DNA from: Hormiphora californensis
Taxonomy: Eukaryota > Animalia > Ctenophora
Length of the DNA stretch: 64,000 bases
Reading direction: 5' to 3'
Assembly (NCBI GenBank): GCA_020137815.1
Contig: CM035358.1
Location: 2,976,001 to 3,040,000 of the forward strand
Below the pieces are notes generated by a model, which was not told the DNA's origin, made no database searches, and was given only the letters and a program-made list of their open reading frames with translations. Positions 14,201 through 24,133 of this stretch are shown piece after piece; position 1 is the stretch's first letter; the number at the start of each line of letters is the position of its first letter. Made by a program: the position numbers and the translations under genes.

Positions 14201-15409
14201 CTTCCTTGGTCTCTTTGTCGGGAAATTTCAGCAGGGGACAATAAAAACCCCCTTTAAACCCCCCCTTTTTCAGCACCTAATTTTTAAATTTTTTAGCGTC
14301 TAAAATTGAAAACTTTCAGAGGTTTTAAATTTAAGTTTAGGGGTTTTAAGTTTTCCCAAAGGGGAAATGGTGGATTTTTTTTTTACCAGCCGGGGGCCCC
14401 CCCCTTTTTCCCCTTTAATTGCAAATTTTCGACCCCTTCCGCTCAAAAACCCCCCCCCCTTCTCCCTAAGCCACCCGGGACCCCACGCCCTCCCCCCCGA
14501 CCGGGGCCCCCCCCCCCCCCGACACCAAGGAAGGGGAAAGTCTGCCCGAAAAAAGACAAAAAAAAAAGGTGGGGGGAATCAGGGGGGGAGTTAAAAAGGG
14601 GGGTTTAGGGGGTGAAAAAGGTGGGAACGGGGGAGGGGAAAAAAAGGGGGGGGAAAAGAGAAACCGAAAAAGGAAAAAAGAAGAAAAAAGGGGGGGAAAA
14701 AAGGGGAAAAGGAAAGGGGCCAGGGAGAGGGAAAGAGGGGAAAAAAAAAAAGAAACCCCGGCCCTCAAGGAGGGGGGGAGAGAGGGGGAAGAGGGGGAGG
14801 GGAAAGAGAGAGAAAAGAAGGAGAGAGAGAGAGGAGAGAGAGAGAGAAGGCGGAGGAGAGAGGGGAAAAAGGAGAGGGGGAGAGAGGGAAAGAGAGAGAG
14901 AAGGGGGAAGAGAGAAGAGAGGAGAGAGAGAGGGCAGAGGAGGAGAGAAGAGAGAGAGGGGCGAGAGAGAGAGAGAGAGAGAAGAGGAAAAAAGGGAAAC
15001 CCCAAAGGGGGCGGGGGGGGAAAAAAACCCCCGGGGGGGGAAAAAAAAAAAAGGGGTGAAAGGGGGAAAAAAACCCGGGGGGAAAAAACCGGGCCCAAAA
15101 AAACCCCCCCAAAAACCCCCAAACCCCCCTTCCCCCCAACCTCCGCCACAATCAATTTTCCCCTTTTCCCTTTTTCCCCCCAAAAACGGGTTATTTGTTT
15201 TTTTCAGGGGCCCCTTCTTTAAAACTTTTCCCCCTTCTAAAAAACAGATTTCCCCCCAAGTTTTTTATAAAATTAGACAATTTTTTATTTGAACAATGAA
15301 GTAAGTTGAATTTTTTGGGTCACGGAGCAAAAATGATTACGGCTGAGAGAGAGAGAGAGAGAGAGGAGCAGGAGCAAAAGCGAGAGAGGAGCGAGAGCGA
15401 GGAGAAGAG

Positions 15410-15446
<37 letters not shown>

Positions 15447-15603
15447 GAGTAAAATGAGAGAGCGCAGAGACGCAGCAGAGAGTAGAGAGAAAAGACGAGC
15501 AGCAGCGCAGAGAGATAGAGAGAGAGAGAGTACCCATGAGCGCGAGACCCGATCGATCTAGCGCAGACTCCATCGATCTCTCAGACTCGATCCTATCTAT
15601 ATA

Positions 15604-15685
<82 letters not shown>

Positions 15686-18600
15686 TATCTCTCTTCCTGT
15701 CTCTCTCAACAGATGCGGGGTGCAGCAGCATGTTTCTCTTATCAAAATTAGACAATTGTGTTATCGAAATATGAACACATGAAGCTAGAGTCCTGAATAT
15801 ATTTTGTGATGTCAGCACTGCACCAGACACACCTTATACTGTGAACTGTCTGTCGACCTGTCTAATAACTACGATTTCTCCCTACTCTCACATAGTAGTA
15901 GTTATTATAACGGCTCAGACTGACTCACTTTTATCATTTCCAGGTGAGAACGATGATGTTCAAAAGTGGATATTCGCCTTTACCGCTGGAATGTTCATCT
16001 ATATCGCCTGTGCAGATTTGGTATGTGTTATCCTCTCTACTTTAGATAATATACCATTGATTCACCCCGGTATTTTGCCAGACATGATTTTGAAAAATAA
16101 ATCCCGATCCTAAACCTGTGAGAGTTGTCTGCTCTCTGCTCCAAGTTTGTATGTAGCGCGCGAGCAGTTTTAAAAGTGAAAAGTTTTCCCGAACCATTCT
16201 CCCGGGAATAAAACGCGCGCGCGCTCAGAGGGCAGGTTCTCACAGCGCTGACAAGGGATTTCAATCAAATGTGGCCTTTTATTTACGTTATCGGAATGCT
16301 AATTAATTATTGAATCAATGAAGTTATACATCCCCTTTGTTAACAAGTTAATTCTATTGAACAATCAACCCACTACATACTTGATTCTGAATTGCGATAC
16401 TTACTCAATCACCGATTTCTATTTGCTGTTCCTGATTATTCTACTACACCAAATCATTGTGCCTTATAATTTGCCATGGATAATAAAATATCGTGGATGT
16501 GCAACTGATATTCCCGAATCAACCGCTGAACGGTAGTCGAGTGAAACCAGGATGAGACATGTGAGCCAATCTCCAACTGAATCTGCTAGAGTGCTGTGTT
16601 CGCCATGACAACCAGCTCCCTAGCAACCATCTCCCGTAGCAACAAGACTCCCCTTCCCACCAGATACCCGAAATGAACAAGATGGGGGAGGCAGCCAAAC
16701 ATCCTAAGTTGAATTATGGTCCTCCAGCAAGTCGGAGTGTTACTGGTTTCCTTGTTATGTACCTCATAGCAGTGTATGAGGGGGAGCTAGCTAGTATTGG
16801 AGGGGGTGGCCATCATCATCACTAATAGTCGTGTGGGGGAGCAGCAAGTGAGAATTGTTGGATGTTTGCAATTCATTTGGAACTGCACAGTGGCAAAACC
16901 CTGGGGTCAGACGAGATAAGGAGTGAGGACGTGGAGAAATGAGTTGGTGTTTACTGGACCTTGATATTGTGTAGATCCAAGCAGATACCCTCCAGCCGGT
17001 TCATTGTCCACCGCGTTTTTGAGCAATTTTACCATGGCTGGATTATATGATTTAGTATGGAAGTATTTATTGAGTAGAATTTTTGCTGAATGTATTTAGG
17101 TGCCGGCAGGCACCTCCGACCCGAAGAAAACAGCAAAAAACGAAAAAAAGAAAAAAAAATTTTTGCCCCTGCACAAAAACCCAAAAATGCCGGCCCTATT
17201 AAGAACAAAGAAAGGTCTTTTTTTGGGGGGGGGGGGGGCAAAAAACATGTCAACGATTGTGGCCACACCGTTTGAGATATCGACTTGAAATTTTGTAGGC
17301 ATGTTCTTGTAGTATTCCTTTGTGTCATGACGTTGGCGGATTTTTGAATTTTTAATTAATTAATTAATTATAGGTAATTAAAAACGGTGCAAGGGCACCG
17401 TGCCCCTGCACATTGCGTGTTATGTCCCTTGCACCGCGCCCTTGCACCAAATTCTATTTTCCGTTCTGCTTAAAATATCGACTTGAAACTTTGTAGGAAT
17501 GTTCTTCAATCATAAAAGATGATGTTCGAAAAGTGGGAATAGTCAAAATTAATTAATTAGTTAGTTAGAGCCGTGCAAAAAATGGAATTTGGTGCAAGGG
17601 CAGGCAATGTGCAAGGGCAAATGGTGCAAGGGCAGCCCTTGCACCAATTTTATGATCGAACTGTGTCCACACCGTTTAATATTTTGACACTAAACTTTCT
17701 ATGCATGTTCTAGTAGCATAACTACGAGTACTAGAAGAGCCGTATGATTAATATATCAATTAGGTAATTAATTATAGGCAAATTAATTAAAATTTGCCCC
17801 TGCACAATTTGTGCAAATTTCCCCTGAACATGTGCCCTTGCACCATTTTGTTTGCCCATGCACTAAATTATATTTTCCGTTCTGCTTAAAATATCGACTT
17901 GAAACTTTCTAGGAATGTTCTTCATGCATAAAACATATAATATAATCTACAGAAAGTGGGAATAGTCAAAATTAATTAATTAATTACTTAGAGATTAATT
18001 TTGGGGTGGCCCCTGCACAATTTTGGCAAATTTGATATTCAAACTTTGAGCCTTTGTGAAAGTAATGAAAATTACAATAAGCTATAAAAACGCCCCTTTT
18101 TGTTACACAAGCCTGTGCTTGGTATCGAAGACACCTCACACTCTGTCGCCGGGCGACCTTCGCGTGCACACGCTGGCAAGGGGTAACTTCGTAACCAAAG
18201 CCTGTGCATTGTGCATAATGAAATGGATAAATTTTCATCCAGTTGCTGGCGATAGAACTCGATAGAGTTCGATTGATTTACCATGACAACGGAGTTGGTT
18301 ACCATACTAACCAGAGAATTCGTTGTAAAATAGTCCTTTCTTGCTATAAACTCGGCCTTTAGATAGAAAATTGATTTTATTCTACTCGCACTAATGCAAG
18401 GGCATTTCACAGTTTGGTGCCGTTATTTTTGTCTCTATTTTTAATAGGATTTTGGGATTAGACTGAAAGTATGGGATCATTTGAGAAGTAGTGAAGATTT
18501 GAAAATGTTAGCAACTTGCCGGTTCGACAAACTAAACCCATATGATTCCAACTTCGGGTCGGACGAGGGGAAGCTTGCCTTTTGCGAACATATGTTACAC

Positions 18601-19509
18601 GAAGACTGAAGTAAATACTGAACTACACCAACAGTGTCATCAACCAAAATGGCATTTTGATGCCAAACAAAATACCATTTTGGTCAAATTAATTTGGTTT
18701 AATTTGAACATTTTAGTTTGCTTGGTAGTATTGAATAAGTTTATGAGTTTTGACTAAAAATAAGACTGTTTCTTGTCAGAACTACCCGAATAACAATGCA
18801 CCACACAGCCATCTGGCATCTGGTAAACTCTGTCTAGGCCCTAATCTATGCTATCATGCTTTCCTAACTCCCAGGCGACTCGCCAATGGTATATGAGCTA
18901 CTGCACACTATGATCCTAGTTCAATAGCTGAGTGGTCACCTGAGAAGACTCGCCCTTCACTACTTGTTGTCTCAATTTACTGCTCTCACTGACTCAAGGG
19001 TGGGGTCAAAATCTAAAGTTGTCCATGTTAATAAAGTTTGAAACAGGGTCGAGCAAGGCAAAGTCAATAGGAAAACTTGAATAATTAAAAGAGAAAAAAC
19101 ATAAAACTTAGTAAAACTGCATTTCCAACTCCTGTCACTTCACCAATCACCTGGTTTATCCGTGTAGCCGTCCCTGATGAGGTTCAATTAATGAAATGCT
19201 ACCTCTACAATCGATCATACTAAGGTCTCATGACTCGAACTACACAATTTACAAGAGACTCAATTGCTTACGATAATACGATATAACCTCATTATAAAAA
19301 CTTTATCCCTCAACCACAGGAACTAACCCGAACTCTCCTCTCCGCAGATACCAATAATGGTGCGTCAAGCAGAGAACTCAAAACGGAAGAAACTCCTGTT
19401 CGCCCTTCAGCAGATTGGAATTCTTCTAGGGTTCCTGTTACTGTTCCTTCTTGCCCTGTACGAAGAGGAGCTGGAGACAGCCTTTACGGATGGGCATGAT
19501 GATCACTAA
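2338..19509 (+). CDS. ZIP/SLC39 zinc/metal transporter, LIV-1 subfamily-like, with signal peptide and Cys-rich ectodomain
   Basis: Exons 2338-2413, 2520-2678, 3371-3509, 3685-3775, 6462-6761, 6975-7160, 10312-10377, 11906-11978, 12609-~12647, degraded ~13790-13900, 14122-~14234, 15944-16020, then last exon 16664-16825 or 19348-19509. Motifs: [17 protein letters not shown], His-rich loops, AWMIIF-DALHNFxDG, [40 protein letters not shown]. Confidence 0.92.
4352..6433 (+). mobile_element. ORF1-only non-LTR retroelement (CR1/L2-type ORF1: coiled coil + RRM-like region) with (ATT)n tail, in ZIP intron 4
   Basis: Joining 4352-4746 to 5615-6188 gives a 322-aa ORF with [10 protein letters not shown]...RLG...RPVKL...VYISPDRS motifs typical of LINE ORF1. 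It is followed by a short 3' region and an (ATT)n tail at ~6414-6433. No ORF2 is present. The 5' boundary is uncertain. Confidence 0.75.
4747..5607. mobile_element. Non-autonomous TIR DNA transposon inserted in the ORF1
   Basis: TIRs C(G)nCTCAACACCTAACTGTATGACACTCATGACTCT at both ends. 7-bp TSD TGTTGGT (4740-4746, 5608-5614). Internal direct repeat GTGAGGCACCCGTTCTGGCCTCTGAT twice. Confidence 0.9.
7390..7823. mobile_element. MITE / foldback element with ~123-bp perfect inverted repeats
   Basis: 7390-7512 (ACTAGATCCAAAAACC...TTCCATGAT) is the reverse complement of 7700-7823. No clear TSD. Confidence 0.85.
7935..8175. repeat. Degenerate ~10-11-bp repeats (AATCGCAGAT / TTATCGCGA) in both orientations
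   Basis: Recurrent AATCGC, TTATCGCG and CCGCGATTGG units. Confidence 0.5.
8200..9350. repeat. Repeat element with four ~140-bp tandem units and two ~105-bp units (non-autonomous transposon-like, possibly Helentron-type)
   Basis: AAATCGTCTTAAAT...AGATATGACTAC units at ~8240, 8372, 8517 and 8661. CCGTAACTC.GATTTGC.TGAAATTTTGAACGTGTG...GGGAAGGTTGTCTAA at ~8708 and ~9041. GC-rich hairpin-like end near 9325-9347. Confidence 0.6.
12650..15600. other. Low-quality, homopolymer-inflated assembly segment including a noisy second copy of ~12080-12600
   Basis: 12770-13620 recapitulates 12086-12600 (e.g. ATACGGTCACCCA, CAGATCAGGTTT.CCCTGCTCCCC, GGTTTATGACCTTAGA, GTTTAGAATTCCCCTTCTAA) with extreme homopolymer runs. 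The ZIP CHExPHE exon is corrupted here. Confidence 0.85.
16664..16825 (+). CDS. ZIP terminal exon A (TM8 + GGGGHHHH tail)
   Basis: Acceptor ccaccag, phase 0, 162 nt: [15 protein letters not shown]...[26 protein letters not shown]. An internal compensating indel pair appears to mask VLQQVGVLL. Confidence 0.75.
   Translation: MPEMNKMGEAAKHPKLNYGPPASRSVTGFLVMYLIAVYEGELASIGGGGHHHH
17095..18175. mobile_element. Non-autonomous Helentron/HINE-like element between the two ZIP terminal exons
   Basis: 5' hairpin TTTAGGTGCCGGCAGGCACCT. Internal TGCCCTTGCACC repeats and three ATATCGACTTGAAA units. The 3' end TTGGTATCGAAGACACCTCACACTC plus a hairpin recurs inverted at 39585-39628. Confidence 0.6.
19348..19509 (+). 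CDS. ZIP terminal exon B (TM8 + GHDDH tail)
   Basis: Acceptor tccgcag, phase 0, 162 nt: [53 protein letters not shown]. Confidence 0.8.
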   Translation: MPIMVRQAENSKRKKLLFALQQIGILLGFLLLFLLALYEEELETAFTDGHDDH

Positions 19510-20792
19510 ATAATCATGGGCATGAAGATCACACCAAATATGGGCATGATGATCAGATAATCTAATACCAAGGGCAAGTGCATCAGACCAGGTATTGTTG
19601 TTTTAAACTAAAGTTAGCTTTTCCTTTTCCTTTTTGAAGAGATAAGATTCACTATTGATCTATTTAATTATCAAGTCAATATCTTAGTAATAGTACCCAA
19701 AAGTATATTATTACTAAATTACTTATACAGTCAGTCGTGTTTAATAATTGGCAAGTTGACTTACTTAAGAAACTCAAACTAATAAGAGAAATATATTACT
19801 ATTATGTTGATTTTGGCAACGCCAATACCGGCACTGCCGTTGACAAGATAAAATATGGTTCGGGTTGAGTTTTTTATGTTTTAGGGTTATGCCCTCATTA
19901 TAATTTTAACTGTGCAGAGTTTATTTTTTTGTAGATTGTACTTAGTTTTATCCTATTTGGTGGTGCTTATATACATGATACCTAATAATGATATGTTAGC
20001 GCACTGAATTGGTGCACGTCAGGTTCACCGTTTATCATCAGATTTATTATCAAGTTTTAGTTTCTATAGAGCTGTTGTTGTGGGATTAAATCCTTTATAT
20101 GACCGTGTATTATACGTTGTAAGTAAAATAACTTTCTTAAATTAACTTCTTTTATTCGGTCAGAAGAGTGTCTGGGCCTGGGACCATGTTCATCAGTTAT
20201 TAAAAGCTGTCGGGCATCACGTCCCCCTGGCCGGACTATTTCTCTAAGTACCGTGCCCAAAAGCAGTTATTCCCCAAAAGTACAGCTCTGAAAATCACCA
20301 GATAGACTTTGCAACACATCCTTTTATTTCTCTTTCCCACATCCCAGACACTCTTGAAGTTTACAATTACTAGTATAAGTACTTGTCTGTCCCCCACTAT
20401 AACGGCAGTGATCTTTGTCCAATGGTACTGGACGAGCAGACATGATCTCGTTTCAATTGAATGATGGGACAATAACCTAGTACTAGACAAGATCTCATCT
20501 ATATGATCTAGCACTATCCAGCTGTATGACAAGCTATACGAGATCTTGTCTGCTCGTCAAGTGGTTGAAGATCAAATCTCCCCCCCTAACCAGACACTAA
20601 TCAATACAGGACTGGAGCTTGTCTCGTGGGTGGGGATCACATAGCAACGCCCCCTAGCCAAGCTGTGTGTTTCCACTTGTGTTGTTGTGGGAAAAGGGGG
20701 CCACCCAATCACGTGATTGAGGACGAGTTTCCAATCACGTGTCCTGTCACGTGTCATCGTTACCGGCAACCTGATCAGGGCGGAGAGAGTGC

Positions 20793-23543
20793 ATGGAGCA
20801 GCAGCACTACCGGCCAGGCACTCCCCCAGACCTAGTTAGTTGGAGAGGGACTGACTGTATAAAACACGCACCCTGAAAGATTAGTTCTGATAAAATTACA
20901 ATCATCATGAGTTACTCTGCTTCTCTCTCCGCTACTGTTAGTGATAGTTTTAACACTGCTTTCCAGCCATCTTACCCTTCCACTTCTACTGCAACAACGG
21001 TTAGTAGAGTGCCTTTGTTCCTTGTTGATTTGTTTATCACTATTTCGCATCCAGTTGATACAATCTAGTAGAGCTACCTAGCTTCTACTGGTTATGCAAT
21101 GTTGTATTGTTCTGGATTGTTCTAACACTCCTTCCCCTCTCTCCAGGACGGTCCAGTGGAGTACAGTACCTACGAGCCCTCTCCCTCGCCTCCATATCAC
21201 TCCTTCAACAATGGATACCGTCCCTACCCTGACCAACATTACCCTGACCACATCTGGCACAATATCCATCCAGTTCCTATAGCCAGCTACCCCAGGACCC
21301 ATCTTACTACAACAGCTACCCTGCAGCTAGGGTACCATGGCAACCAGAAAAATGTTTTATGAAGGAGCAGCAGGAGTGTTATGATACAAGCCACCACATC
21401 TCCTAATCCCACACCGGTTGGGTCTCCCAATATTGGACAGCAACATGGATCACCTATAGCACTGGGTGATCAGGAACAACACCATGTGACACCCCCTCCA
21501 GCTCGGACCCCCTCCTGTTACTCATCTCCACCACCTGGTTGTGCCACTACCTCCCCACACTCCAGCTCCTTCTCCCCTGATTTCCATCAGCCATCGCCCC
21601 CTGATCAGCCTCTCAACATTCCTGGATCATATAACATTCAACCGTTCTACAACGGTTTCACCACATCGTATCCTGGCCAACTACCTACCGTTACTCCTGT
21701 ACCTACCGTTACACCTGTACCTACCGTTACCCCTGTACCTACCACAACGGCTGATGTTGCAAGGACAGCTCTCCAACAACTTACACCACCCAGTGAGGTC
21801 AGTTCTTGATAATCTCCCCTCAGTTTTTGTCAGTCCGATAATTCTGAATTTATCTCTAATCACCTCCCCTAACCACCTCCCCTCTAACCACTCCTACCCT
21901 CTAACCCCCACCACCCATTAAACCACATCTAACCACATCTAACCACCTCCTCAGACTGGCCACCCCTACATCCTCCCTCCTCCACCACCCGTTCCAGCCA
22001 ACATGGCGGCCCATCAGGAACAGCTCCTTGTCCAAAACTGCATGGTCGCCCAGTTTCTTGTAACCACTGGACAATTCGCCCAGTTCTTTGAGTTCGTCAC
22101 GACTAACCAGTTTAGGAATCAGGACCACACCGGTGTGCAGCAGCTCTGGCTGCACTGCCTCTACACACAACGTGAGTAGCCAAAATTGCTATTTAGTTTT
22201 GTGAAATAAACATGATAATAAGATTTGGGTCATTTGGATCATCTTGATTTTATCCTACTGACAAAGTTAGACTTTTCTGTTATCATTTCATCTCCCCTCT
22301 AGATGCCGAAGCGAAGAAGGGTGCCATCACACCAGTTGACCGACACAGACTACGGAAACGATTCCCCTTCCCTGCCAGTATCTGGAACGGAGAAACAACC
22401 ACCTACAATCTGAAACAGTCTGCCAGGTAAAATATTTGTCAAAAATTTAGATCAAATACCGTCAGACCCCGATATACCGGGCACCCCGATTTACTGGGCA
22501 AAACCCTTTCCCCCGATCATCCCGGTAAATCGGGGTCCGACTTAATATAGATCAAATATTATTTGATCTGACCTTACACGGGGCTTGTACAAGCACATAT
22601 TATTCACCCCCTTCCGTATTCAATTAGTTGCACCCAATCACAGTGCCAGCGCCCAATCACAGATCACTAGTCCCCCCTGCAGCAGATCCTTGTTGTTTTC
22701 TCAGCTTGTGTTTAGGTTAGCTCTCCATCCCCCACTCAAGGTGCATGTTTGTTTGTCTGTCTGATCAGAGAACTAGCTAAGCCTATCATGTTAATTGATC
22801 ACCAGTCATTAGTACGTGGTGTGGTTCACAGGTCCACAGTGATCTACACAGGTAATACCTGAACATAGTACACACATACAGGTCCACCACACACAGGTAA
22901 TACCTGAACACACATGTCATTTCCTGGTTAGTGTCTACATCATGGCACCCTGCCACGTGCACCAAACTGCAGTACCCCTGATGACGCAATGCACTCCTAT
23001 CAATTGCCAGGGCACGTACAACACAAACCACATGATATAAATTACACGTGCCATTCGGCGCTGAATACTTCAAACTAACTACATGTTTTCATTCCCAACC
23101 CGTTTTGATCCCCAACCCCGTTTCCCCACTTCCCTTTACATTTCCCTGCCTCTAACCTCTTTCCCCTATCTTCAGACGATTATTGGCCATATCCTTCTCT
23201 AATGGACCAGTACCCATCCAACGAAGAGAAGAAACACCTGGCTGAGGTCTGCGAAATGGACTACCTCCAAATCTGTAACTGGTTCAAAAACCGACGAATG
23301 CGAGAAAAGTGAGTAGGAAATTAGTTTTTGATAGTCTCCTGTTACTTCATCTCTTGTCCCGTCTCACGTCACCATTTCTTCTCCTGTAACTGACAATAAC
23401 CATCCCTCTATAGAAGATTACAGAACGAGGCGAAGAAGAACAGAAGGCTTGCCAATGCCTGCCCAATGACTCGGCCCACTGGCTCAAGCTCCCCGAGTCC
23501 CTCTTCCTCCTGTGAACATGCCCGGAAAATTGTTGGACGGTGA
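20793..23543 (+). CDS. Divergent SIX (sine oculis) class homeobox transcription factor; as assembled it has an in-frame stop and a +1 frameshift
   Basis: Exons 20793-20834, 21147-21797, 21955-22171, 22303-22426, 23176-23308, 23414-23543. SIX domain C-half: FFEFVTTNQF...VQQLWLHCLY...VDRHRLRKRFPFPASIWNGE. Homeodomain: TTTYNLKQSARRLL...YPSNEEKKHLAE...QICNWFKNRRMREK (K50). Confidence 0.88.
22461..22523. repeat. Short copy of the CAGTCGGACCCCG MITE family
   Basis: CGTCAGACCCCGATATACCGGG...CCCGGTAAATCGGGGTCCGAC matches the element at 30827-30998. Confidence 0.7.
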
Positions 23544-24133
23544 AATATGTCCACTGTGGGATATACCTGATGTTGCAAAACCCTCTCAGGGTTTCAGATA
23601 TGAAGATGGACATTTAGCTACAGATTTGAGTTCGGGAGCACTTGTCAGTGCAGTATTATATGAGAGATAACCAAGTTATTATATTTGAATCTTTGAAGTT
23701 ATTTGATTTTTCACAAGCCCCAAAGTTAACGATTTTTCAGTCTTCCCTGCCCTATTCAACATATTCTGTCACACTGTAGACTCAATTCTATGGGCCAATA
23801 GAATTTAGTCTACTCTATAGACGTCACGCCGACCGAGCTCGAGGGTTTATTATCATTTTCATTTCAAAAATCAATTAAAACATTGTCTTCAGTTCCCACT
23901 TTCAAAGAAACTGCCCACCTGGTACCTTCTTCGATAACTGGATCAAAGTGCTAAGTCGAAGTTTCGCAAATAAGGTGTGAGTTTGATTGAGTGCCCTCAA
24001 TCTCTCTAACTCGATAAATCACCGTTTTTCATTGTGAGCTAGGACAATGGCCTGACCATCTGTTGTCAGGTGTTAAATGAGGTTGCTATAAAACCTGGTT
24101 CTCAAAGTCACATCACCATTATCATTTCTCAAA

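Noticed and set aside
12834-15573. Long Gly/Lys/Glu/Arg- or Phe/Pro/Leu-rich ORFs on both strands
   Set aside because: They arise from homopolymer-inflated, low-quality sequence and GA repeats, and lie inside ZIP introns.
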